A stretch of 64,000 bases of DNA from Lytechinus pictus (taxonomy: Eukaryota). Below, piece after piece: positions 51,774-60,345 of the stretch; the stretch's first letter is position 1, and each line of letters opens with the position of its first letter. The position numbers were made by a program, and so were the translations under genes. The stretch is from NCBI RefSeq assembly GCF_037042905.1, contig NC_087250.1, positions 5,520,001 through 5,584,000 of the forward strand. Reading direction: 5' to 3'. The notes beneath the pieces are model-generated. The model saw only the letters and a list, made by a program, of their open reading frames with translations, had not been told where the DNA came from and did no database searches.

Positions 51774-53237
51774 ATGGCGAGCAACATACCAAGAATCAAA
51801 ATCAACTTGTGTTCGTCTGAGGAATTGATGAGTCTGCCCGGAGTGGGTATGGCCACCGCCAACCGCATTCTACATGCGAGGGAGGCGGCCGACCTTACTC
51901 CGGATACATTCTTGTCGATACCTCATATACCGAAGGCGGAACTGTTAGTTTACGCCTTTGATTATGAGCCAACAACAACGGCTCATAATGTGGACCGCAG
52001 AGAAGTGCGCTCCGAAGGAGACGAGCCTTCTACGAGCGTTCCACTTATTCCGTCTAAGGAGCCCCCCGTAAGCCAGGCGTTTGAGGCTTGGCCACAGCAC
52101 ACCCATGCACATAGCGCACAGGGTGCTGTAGGCCAATCTTCTCAGACACAGGCCGGGGAGGCCCCCTCATTTTTCACAGGGGGGAGGCCAGGTGGCGCTT
52201 TTACTCAGCAGCCTTCGGCCTCTCCAGAAGATAGGGCTAAGTCCCTCTGGGCTAATCAATTTGGGTTTTCAGGATGGAACGATGGTCTGTTCCCACCACA
52301 GGGTCCCCACCAAGTTACCCCACCAGGACCCCAGTTCCAATGTGGTCCTCGTGCCCAGGTAGCTACCCCACCAGGACCCCAGTTCCAATTTGGTCCTCAT
52401 GCCCAAGTAGATTTGCATGGTCAGGCTCCCGGTACTCAGGGTGGCCGACCAGCAATGTTCAATCAAACAACCCAGACACCTCCACATAGCTATCCACAGG
52501 CCGTTCCACACTTTACACAAGCACAGTACGAGGAAATGTATGGCGTGATGTTTAGGATGATGCAGATGATGCCATTCGGAGGAACTGGACAGCCAGCTCC
52601 TCCATACTGCAACCCTGCTGCCGCCTACGGTGGGTATTGCCCACCATGGGCTGGAGGCAGATATCCGCCACACTATCCTAACACTGTGGCCCCGCAAACC
52701 TCTCCCCAAGGACCATGTGACTTGCAATATGGGGGTAGCAACCCTGTGTATCAAGGCGCTGGACCTCAAGGAGATGGACATGGAGGCCCAGTATACAGTG
52801 AACATAGAAACACCACAAGGCCATCAGTAAGCCCTGGATACAGGGGGCTGTCAACAAGAAATCAGCCGCCCCGCGTCACCAGACTTACTTCGGCCTCAAG
52901 ACCTGTGGTACCGGAGTATGACGACAGAAGGCCCCCTTCTAGACCAACCTCTTTGCCGAAGACTATTTCGTTCGACGGCAAAGGAAGTTGGGCGGCCTTC
53001 TATTCAAAGTTCCAACTATACACCGAAAGACACGGCATGTCTGATGCAGACAAGAAATATCAGCTGTGTCTGGCGTTGGAGGCCGAAGCTAGTAAGTTCA
53101 TGGCTCTCATTCAGGAGAGCAACCCAAATATCGCCTTCTCTGACTTGGTTACCAAGTTGGAGAAGCGGTTCGCTCTCCAGGATAAAGCCGGAAGTTACTC
53201 GGATGCAATTTCAATAGGCTTTTCAACGCTCGGATGA
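51774..53237 (+). CDS. gag: Gag N-terminal part (HhH domain), copy 2; frameshifted near 53185
   Basis: Same translation as copy 1. Confidence 0.8.
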   Translation: MASNIPRIKINLCSSEELMSLPGVGMATANRILHAREAADLTPDTFLSIPHIPKAELLVYAFDYEPTTTAHNVDRREVRSEGDEPSTSVPLIPSKEPPVSQAFEAWPQHTHAHSAQGAVGQSSQTQAGEAPSFFTGGRPGGAFTQQPSASPEDRAKSLWANQFGFSGWNDGLFPPQGPHQVTPPGPQFQCGPRAQVATPPGPQFQFGPHAQVDLHGQAPGTQGGRPAMFNQTTQTPPHSYPQAVPHFTQAQYEEMYGVMFRMMQMMPFGGTGQPAPPYCNPAAAYGGYCPPWAGGRYPPHYPNTVAPQTSPQGPCDLQYGGSNPVYQGAGPQGDGHGGPVYSEHRNTTRPSVSPGYRGLSTRNQPPRVTRLTSASRPVVPEYDDRRPPSRPTSLPKTISFDGKGSWAAFYSKFQLYTERHGMSDADKKYQLCLALEAEASKFMALIQESNPNIAFSDLVTKLEKRFALQDKAGSYSDAISIGFSTLG

Positions 53238-53265
53238 AGACATCATCAAGTGGGCAGATAGGCTT

Positions 53266-54114
53266 ATGACCCTTGCAGGTCAGGCCTTTGTAGGCCTTCC
53301 CGACAAGTTCGTTCAAGAACTTGTAGTGGCAAGGTTCTGCCAAGGTGCCCAAGACAAAGATGCAGGGCATCATGTCCTGACTTCTCGGCCTGGGACCTTA
53401 GATGAAGCCATGACTAAGTACAAATGGTTTCAGTTTACCCAGAAGACCATGCACACGCATGGCCCTAGGTCGAGAAAAGAGGTAAGGCAGCTCTCGATGG
53501 GAGATGGCGATAGTGACCTAAGGGTGCAAAAGTTGTCTCCCCCAGAGGCTGCCAAGAAGGGAAATTCTAGCCTTGAGGCTAGACTAAGTGCTCTGGAAGC
53601 CCAAAATGCAGTATGGGCATCCAAGATGGATTCGATGGTCGCTGCGATCACGGATCTATCTAGAAGCACAAAGGAACTCTTGTCGGTGTCGGGAGGCCGG
53701 TCGAGGTACCCCTCAGGCCGTGCCCCTGTTACACCTGACAGGCAGAAATACACCTCCGGCCGAGTTCCTGGTACCCCGGACAGACCAAAGTATACCTATG
53801 GTCGGGCTCCAGGTACGCCAGACAGGCCGAGGTTTAACTCAAATTTGACACCAGATCGGTCAGTAGGAGGCCGAAGGCCATTTTTTGGCCCTTCGCCAAC
53901 TACAACTGATCGTCAGCGAAACTTCACAGGCTGTTTCAACTGTGGGGAAGAAGGCCATTTCAGCAGGGCCTGCCCCATGGGAAGATCGCCTGTGAACAGT
54001 AGACAAGTAAGGGCTGTAACCTTCGAGGAGGAGGGAAATGGACAGGGATCGGCGGAGATGGGGAGTCCCCGATCCGATCAGAGATCCCCTCCCCCGCCAT
54101 CCCCATTCCATTAA
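53266..54114 (+). CDS. gag: Gag C-terminal part with CCHC knuckle, copy 2
   Basis: CFNCGEEGHFSRAC. Confidence 0.85.
   Translation: MTLAGQAFVGLPDKFVQELVVARFCQGAQDKDAGHHVLTSRPGTLDEAMTKYKWFQFTQKTMHTHGPRSRKEVRQLSMGDGDSDLRVQKLSPPEAAKKGNSSLEARLSALEAQNAVWASKMDSMVAAITDLSRSTKELLSVSGGRSRYPSGRAPVTPDRQKYTSGRVPGTPDRPKYTYGRAPGTPDRPRFNSNLTPDRSVGGRRPFFGPSPTTTDRQRNFTGCFNCGEEGHFSRACPMGRSPVNSRQVRAVTFEEEGNGQGSAEMGSPRSDQRSPPPPSPFH
54033..54106 (+). promoter_or_regulatory. Predicted -1 ribosomal frameshift signal (also 45673-45746)
   Basis: G GGA AAT heptamer in the gag frame; pol frame is -1 and open from 54003; 7-bp stem GGATCGG/CCGATCC starts 6 nt downstream. Confidence 0.65.
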
Positions 54115-54125
54115 AGGGCAGCCTA

Positions 54126-57100
54126 ATGCCACAAGACCAAGGGAACCAACGGGCACCGGACTCACAAGCAAGCCCAGGGAGCCCGAAATTCTCTAAGGTA
54201 ACTGAGCACCCTTGGAGGAACCCGCCATGGCCACCAGACATTTCTGGTGATGTTAAAGATCAAGAGGTTGAAGAAGTCATTTGTAGAATTGTGTCTACTT
54301 CAACATTGAGTGTTGAGTTGGCAGTTAGCAAGGAGCCCATTACATCCGTTTTGGACACTGCGGCAGCTGTCACCATTATATCTGATAGGCTTTTCCATCG
54401 CCTCCAGCCTCGGCCGCCGATCCTTAAGCGTGTAGTTCTTAAGGGGGCTGGCCGAGACATGACAATGGACGGCATTGTGATAGGACCTATCACGCTCCAG
54501 CTGGGTAACCAAATACTCAACGAGGAGATTCACGTAGCTCCGATAGCAGATGAGATGTTGTTTGGCGTTGATCTATTAAGAAAACACAATGCCAATATTA
54601 GCATTCCAAATGCTATCCTAACTTTGAACGGTGAAAACCTACCAATAATCCAACGCGAAGATTCGGGGAGTACGGCAGAGGTGTGTGTAGATAAGGGCGT
54701 CTGTGTTCCTCCGTGTTCAGTTCGAAGGGTTAAGTGTTCGGTGGCACTTAATTCTAGCCCATTCTTGGTGGAACCTTTGCCTTTCCTACCCATACCTGTT
54801 CTTATACCCCGGAGCCTTCATGAAAGTAAGAAAGATACAGAAGTTTTCCTGATAAATTCCTCTGATATGACCTACAAGTTACGAAGGGGTGATATGATTG
54901 GGAAAGCTTATCAAGTCTCGGTGATAGAACCTGAAATAGAACCCTCAGAGGATGTCACAGTTAGGAGTATTAACACTGTAAAAGCTTCGGACTCAGACAT
55001 ACCTCCTCACCTTCTGGACCTTTGGGGCCGCTCTAATGAGGGGCTGGCCCCAGAGGAACAGGAGGAGTTGAGAGGGCTGCTACTAAAATATCAATCAGTG
55101 TTCGCAAAAGATGAGTTTGACCTTGGTGGTTTCAACGAGGTAACTCATAGCATAGACACGGGTGATGCGAGGCCCATAAAACAAAAGATGAGGCGGACCC
55201 CCCTGAATTTCATTCAGGAGGAGCAGGCACATCTCGACAAGATGCTCGCCGCTGGAGTTATCCAGCCGTCTATGTCTGAATGGGCATCGCCCCCTGTGTT
55301 AGTGAGGAAAAAAGATGGAGGAGTCCGATGGTGCATTGATTACCGCAAGTTAAACAATGTCACCAAAAAGGACGTCTACCCCTTACCATGTATTGAAGAA
55401 TGCCTTGATATTTTAGCAGGCAACAAGTGGTTTTCCAAACTTGATGCCAACGCAGCTTATTGGCAAATCAAGGTAAATGAAGCAGATAGGGACAAAACAG
55501 CCTTCGTTACAAAACATGGGCTGTATGAGTTCGTCCGCATGGGATTTGGCCTGTGCAATGCACCGGCCACCTTCCAACGTGTGATGAACTTAGTCCTGAG
55601 AGGTCTCACATGGGACGTGGCTCTTGCATTCTTGGATGATATCCTGGTATTGGGTAAATTATTTCCAGACCACATCAAGAATCTAGGGGCAGTCCTGAGG
55701 CGTTTCAAGGACTACAGACTCAAATTGAAACCCAAGAAGTGTGCCTTGTTTCAACGAAAGGTGGAGTTCTTGGGTAGGGAAGTGGATGCTACAGGCTTGC
55801 ATCTACCAGAGGAAAACATCCAAAGGGTAGTGGATTGGCCTACTCCTGCTTCCACTAAAGAAGTAGAGCAGTTCTTAGGGTTGGCCAACTATCACAGGGT
55901 GTTTATGAAAGATTATGCACGGGTGGCTGGGCCATTGTATGAGCTTACAGGCAATCATGCTTTCAGTTGGACAGAGTTTCATCAGGAGGCATTCGAACAA
56001 ATCAAAGCTATATTAACCTCAGCCCCTGTGCTCACACTTCCAAACGCACATGACCCGTTCATCCTAGATACGGATGCGTCTAGCACAGCGATTGGAGCAG
56101 AGCTGCTACAGGTTCAAAATGGTGAGGAGAAGGTCATAGCTTATGGCAGCTTGTCTCTTTCTCCTCAACAAAGGAACTATTGTGTCACTCGCCGCGAGCT
56201 CTTAGCGTTGGTGTTATTTTGCAGACAGTATAGGCATTACCTTTTAGGTAGGCCATTTACTGTCAGAACGGATCATGGCAGCCTAACATGGCTGCTCAAC
56301 TTCAAAACGCCGACAGGACAGCTGTCTCGCTGGCTGGAGGAGTTAGGGCAGTACAATATGAAAATCGAACACCGGCCCGGTAGGCGCCACTCTAATGCAG
56401 ATTCTCTTTCGCGCATTCCTGATACAGAATCAGTGTGTGAAGGGTATGAGCATGGTGTGCGACTACAGGATTTGCCGTGTGGTGGGTGTTCATATTGTAC
56501 CAAGAGACACAAAGAATGGGCACACTTTGTCGACTGTGTCGATGATGTTGTGCCATTAAGTCAAAGCCAAAGGGTCTCGAATGTGGCTGTTGAAGAAACT
56601 TTCCCTGTCACGCACATGGAAATATTGTTCAACAAGGCCAACTCATTTGAGATCCGAAGTATCTCAGTTGACCCAACTGAGGTGGCAGAGGAACCGCCTT
56701 CTGACAATTTAGTCAAGCAAGAGCAAGAAAAAGACCAGGTTCTCGTGCCCCTCCGTGAGTGGTTAACCAACAAGAAAGAACTGGATGAAGGGACTCTGTT
56801 TCTCCTCCCGCCAGAGGGAAAGTTCTTGTGGACGAACAGAGAACTCTTCTACTTCAAAGAAGGAGTTATCTGGATGAAGAAGGATGTAGGTGATGTTATA
56901 GTGATTCCAGAATCACTACGGCATGACATCATTCGGCTGAATCATGACCCTCCTTCAGCAGGGCATGCTGGAATCAATCGCACTCGGGCTAAGCTAAAGT
57001 CCAAGTATTATTGGTATCGCATGTCAGAAGATATTCGCATTTACATAGCCAGGTGTACAACTTGCAATCAGAACAAGAAAGCGACCCGCCCTGGGAGGCA

Positions 57101-57434
57101 TCCTATGAAAAGTTTTCATGCGAGCGCCCCCATGGAACGTGTCCATCTTGACTTCATGGGCCCACTACCAAAGACAACAAATGGTAATGAAAACATCCTG
57201 GTTATGGTAGATCAATTTACCAAATGGGTGGAATGCGTACCTTTGCCTTCCCAAACCGCAGAGATGACAGCTCATGCAGCAGTGAGCAGTTTTTTCTGCC
57301 GGTTTGGATATCCATTTCAAATCTTCACGGATCAGGGCAGAAATTTTGAGAGTACACTTTTCAAGGACATGTGCCGTGTCCTTGATATTCACAAGTCAAA
57401 AACGACCGCATTCCGCCCCCAAGCAAAAAGTTGA
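54126..57434 (+). CDS. pol: Pol (PR-RT-RNase H-integrase N-terminus and core), copy 2
   Basis: Same motifs as copy 1. Confidence 0.95.
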   Translation: MPQDQGNQRAPDSQASPGSPKFSKVTEHPWRNPPWPPDISGDVKDQEVEEVICRIVSTSTLSVELAVSKEPITSVLDTAAAVTIISDRLFHRLQPRPPILKRVVLKGAGRDMTMDGIVIGPITLQLGNQILNEEIHVAPIADEMLFGVDLLRKHNANISIPNAILTLNGENLPIIQREDSGSTAEVCVDKGVCVPPCSVRRVKCSVALNSSPFLVEPLPFLPIPVLIPRSLHESKKDTEVFLINSSDMTYKLRRGDMIGKAYQVSVIEPEIEPSEDVTVRSINTVKASDSDIPPHLLDLWGRSNEGLAPEEQEELRGLLLKYQSVFAKDEFDLGGFNEVTHSIDTGDARPIKQKMRRTPLNFIQEEQAHLDKMLAAGVIQPSMSEWASPPVLVRKKDGGVRWCIDYRKLNNVTKKDVYPLPCIEECLDILAGNKWFSKLDANAAYWQIKVNEADRDKTAFVTKHGLYEFVRMGFGLCNAPATFQRVMNLVLRGLTWDVALAFLDDILVLGKLFPDHIKNLGAVLRRFKDYRLKLKPKKCALFQRKVEFLGREVDATGLHLPEENIQRVVDWPTPASTKEVEQFLGLANYHRVFMKDYARVAGPLYELTGNHAFSWTEFHQEAFEQIKAILTSAPVLTLPNAHDPFILDTDASSTAIGAELLQVQNGEEKVIAYGSLSLSPQQRNYCVTRRELLALVLFCRQYRHYLLGRPFTVRTDHGSLTWLLNFKTPTGQLSRWLEELGQYNMKIEHRPGRRHSNADSLSRIPDTESVCEGYEHGVRLQDLPCGGCSYCTKRHKEWAHFVDCVDDVVPLSQSQRVSNVAVEETFPVTHMEILFNKANSFEIRSISVDPTEVAEEPPSDNLVKQEQEKDQVLVPLREWLTNKKELDEGTLFLLPPEGKFLWTNRELFYFKEGVIWMKKDVGDVIVIPESLRHDIIRLNHDPPSAGHAGINRTRAKLKSKYYWYRMSEDIRIYIARCTTCNQNKKATRPGRHPMKSFHASAPMERVHLDFMGPLPKTTNGNENILVMVDQFTKWVECVPLPSQTAEMTAHAAVSSFFCRFGYPFQIFTDQGRNFESTLFKDMCRVLDIHKSKTTAFRPQAKS

Positions 57435-58155
57435 GAGGGCGAATAGGACCGTGATGGATGCAGTGCGATGCTACGTCTCAAAGTCACAAAGGGACTGGGA
57501 CAGGCATCTCCAGCAGATCGCAGGTGCTATTCGCTCCTCTGTAAATCGTACAACTGGATTTACCCCTAACAAGCTAATGCTGGGTCGGGAGGTTAATCTA
57601 CCCTCTGATCTCGTATTCTCTGTTCCTCAACCCGCTCAAGAGCAGACCAAAGAAGAATATGTGGCCGAGTTGACTTGTGCAATGCGTAATGCTCATATTT
57701 CAGCTAGGGCTGCAATCAAATCTGCTCAGCGCAAGATGAAACGAGACTACGATATCAAACAATACACTCGGGAATTCGAGGTAAATGATCGTGTCTACAT
57801 TAGAGACACGGCCTGTGCCAAGGGGAAATCTCGTAAGTTAAACCCCCCTTGGAAAGGGCCGGCGATCATCGTAGAGAAGAGGTCCCCATATCTTTACAGA
57901 GTGGCCTTCAGAAAAACAATAGCCACTTACAATCACGACCGCTTGAAAAAGTGTACGGATCAGAGTAAGGCGGTTATTGAGACTCCTGGCAAAGACAAAC
58001 TATATTGTTTTTGCCGGAAGGCTGATGATGGCTCTCTGATGATATGTTGCGACGAATGCAATGAATGGTACCACGGAGCGTGCGTTGGTATCACAGAGAC
58101 GGAAGGATTAGAAAACGTGAAATGGTTTTGCCCCCCCTGTACTAAGAGGAGGTAG
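57427..58155 (+). CDS. pol: Integrase C-terminal part after the frameshift: catalytic Glu, GPY/F-like motif, PHD finger
   Basis: KVERANRT; PPWKGPAII; LYCFCRKADDGSLMICCDECNEWYHGACVGI...WFCPPC (C4HC3). Confidence 0.9.
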   Translation, partial: KVERANRTVMDAVRCYVSKSQRDWDRHLQQIAGAIRSSVNRTTGFTPNKLMLGREVNLPSDLVFSVPQPAQEQTKEEYVAELTCAMRNAHISARAAIKSAQRKMKRDYDIKQYTREFEVNDRVYIRDTACAKGKSRKLNPPWKGPAIIVEKRSPYLYRVAFRKTIATYNHDRLKKCTDQSKAVIETPGKDKLYCFCRKADDGSLMICCDECNEWYHGACVGITETEGLENVKWFCPPCTKRR

Positions 58156-58198
58156 AATATTTAGAAACAAATGTGTCGTCTATTATTATGCATGTACT

Positions 58199-59587
58199 AT
58201 GATAAGTCGTCTAATAACCACGTTTATATTTCTTTTCCTTCCCCAAATTCTCTCCCCCTCCCCCCATTTGTGCATCATTCTTCTCTTCCCATACAGAGAG
58301 AAAAAGGAGAGAGAGGAAATCCTGCTACCACCGGGGGTGGAGTTAAACGACATAGAGGTAGACGTTGGTTCGGCCCCAGAGGAGGCCCTTCCTGAGCCCC
58401 CCTCTGAAGCCGAACCAACAAAAATTGAATGTATGCAGCAGGCCTCGGAGACCCGTTCCGAAAATCCGCCTCCTGCACCAGCAGGGGCAGATGCTCGGAA
58501 GAAAGAGTTCTCTGAGGCCGAGCTTGCTAAAAAAAAACGTGAGCTTAATAGGCGTAGAAAAGAACGGGCCAAGCGTGCCAAAAAGACAAAAAAGCTGGCG
58601 CAAGACCCGCTTCCGGGAACAAATGCCGGTCCCTCGACCAGTGGAGGCCTTACGGTTGGGGTTGGTCGTGGCCGTGGACTACTGTCCACTTGGCCTAGAC
58701 CACCCCATCCAGTGGAGTGTTCCTCCATTGGAAGAGGGCGGGGAATCACCCCAAAAATGTTAGAGGAAGCTTTGGAGGAGAGCCCACGGCCACTGCGTGC
58801 ATTCGATGCACACTTTCATCCCGATCGCATAAAAATAAGAAAAGGAAAAACTGAACTTCAGGGACAGCCTCTACACCCGGTCGAGGTAGTCGGAGGGGTA
58901 TGGAACTTCTGTGATCCAGTAAGATACTCCGCCCCCGGCTTCCTCGACAGGGTATTCGAGGAACTCCCTGAAGGCTACGCAGTGGCGGTGGGCATCCACC
59001 CGAAGCAGGCCTATGGCCTGAAGCGTTACTATCTTGAGGCGCTGCGATCGGCTCTCGCCGACCCGAGAGTCAGAGGCCTGTCGGAGTTGGGCCTCGATTG
59101 GTCCACGGATGACTCCGAGTGGGGGGCACAGGAGCAGCTTTTTGAGCAGCTCCTAGGGCTCTCCACCGGAAGAGTCCTGGTACTCCATCTCCGGGGGGCC
59201 AATGGCTCTCGTCCCGGCAATGAGCCGATCCCTCGTGCTGTGCACAAGCTGGCGCGCGACGCGATTCGCCGACGGTGTCCGGCCGCTCAGCGCATCCATT
59301 TGCACTGTTTCATGGGTTCGCCGGACATCGTCGACGAATGGACGTCAGCGTTCCGTTATGCGTACTTTGGTGTCACGGGCAGTGCCTCTTACTACAATGG
59401 AGCGAATGCCAAGCTTAAGAGGCTTGGCATTCGGTCCATTCCAGGAAATCGTCTCCTGATCGAGACAGACGCCCCCTACCTGCCCGTCCGCCCTCGCCAC
59501 GGCTGGCAAACAGAAGCCTTTATCGGCGATGTCGGGCAGGTGGTGGCGTCTATCCGAGGGGTTCCTCTACCAGAGTTACTCGATTAA
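58199..59587 (+). CDS. tatD: ORF3: TatD-family metal-dependent nuclease preceded by an acidic/Pro-rich segment and a basic NLS-like segment; true start uncertain
   Basis: FDAHFHPD, VGIHP, LSELGLD, LVLHLR, IHLHCFMG, FGVTG and LLIETDAPYL occur in TatD order (family-level call). Confidence 0.9.
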   Translation: MISRLITTFIFLFLPQILSPSPHLCIILLFPYREKKEREEILLPPGVELNDIEVDVGSAPEEALPEPPSEAEPTKIECMQQASETRSENPPPAPAGADARKKEFSEAELAKKKRELNRRRKERAKRAKKTKKLAQDPLPGTNAGPSTSGGLTVGVGRGRGLLSTWPRPPHPVECSSIGRGRGITPKMLEEALEESPRPLRAFDAHFHPDRIKIRKGKTELQGQPLHPVEVVGGVWNFCDPVRYSAPGFLDRVFEELPEGYAVAVGIHPKQAYGLKRYYLEALRSALADPRVRGLSELGLDWSTDDSEWGAQEQLFEQLLGLSTGRVLVLHLRGANGSRPGNEPIPRAVHKLARDAIRRRCPAAQRIHLHCFMGSPDIVDEWTSAFRYAYFGVTGSASYYNGANAKLKRLGIRSIPGNRLLIETDAPYLPVRPRHGWQTEAFIGDVGQVVASIRGVPLPELLD

Positions 59588-60331
59588 CGCCAGGGAGCTG
59601 TATTGCCTCAAATAAAGGGGCAATGCTGCTCCCTTGCACCTGTCTCTGCCTTTTACCTTAATTGTAAGGCTATTTTATATACAAAAGTTGTATTTTATAT
59701 GTGTTTATTATGCTTTATATATGTCATACAGAAAATGGACGCCTATGAGTTACAATTCTTATTATATATACTAGTTATGCTTTTTGTTGAAATTGGAAAA
59801 TCAGATAAGCAACAATATTTTATATATATATGTATGTATTCATTGATTTAAAAATTTGTTTATTTTTACTTAGGTACATAGCAGTGAGCTTATTTAATTT
59901 ATGTCAAGGCAGAGACAAGGTAAGAATATTTTTTACAATTGGTAATGATGTACAATGTATATATTTATGTATTTGTGTTATATTTATGTTTATGAACATA
60001 AAGAAAAGAAAATGATCACAAAAAAAGAAAATAAAAAGATCACAGAAGAAGATGAAGAAAAAAAAAGAAGGACAAAAAGATCAAAGATAAAGAAAAGAAA
60101 AAGATTACAAAAGAAGAAAATAAATATTACAGAAAGAAAAAAGAGATCAAAGAATACAAGAAAAAAGAAAGAAAAGATATGCTTGAGAAAAAAAAAAAAA
60201 AATAAATGAAAAATAAATGTATGTTGATGTATATTTTATGTTAGGTTAAGTTGAGTTATACCTTACGTTAAGAATGTTAAATATATTAAGTTATGTTAAG
60301 TTGTATTGGAAATAGGCCCCCCAATTTTTTT

Positions 60332-60345
60332 AGGGTGGGGGGGAG
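60332..60345 (+). promoter_or_regulatory. Polypurine tract
   Basis: AGGGTGGGGGGGAG immediately before the 3' LTR. Confidence 0.85.

Larger units (their letters stand above)
40934..57655 (+). repeat. Direct tandem duplication with an 8,360-bp unit
   Basis: 40934-49293 is repeated from 49294; ORFs recur at +8360; junction has a 2-bp AG microhomology; only 2 substitutions noticed by eye. Confidence 0.95.

Noticed and set aside
58199..58296. Hydrophobic start of ORF3 as an Env signal peptide
   Set aside because: The rest of the ORF is TatD, with no fusion-protein or transmembrane features; the hydrophobic stretch is a translated polypyrimidine tract
43909..59459. Antisense and alternative-frame ORFs overlapping gag, pol and TatD
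   Set aside because: Shadow ORFs of GC-richer coding sequence with no motifs
58199..59587. TatD as bacterial contamination or a host TATDN gene
   Set aside because: It lies between pol and the PPT inside TSD-bounded LTRs and is continuous with eukaryotic intron-exon sequence
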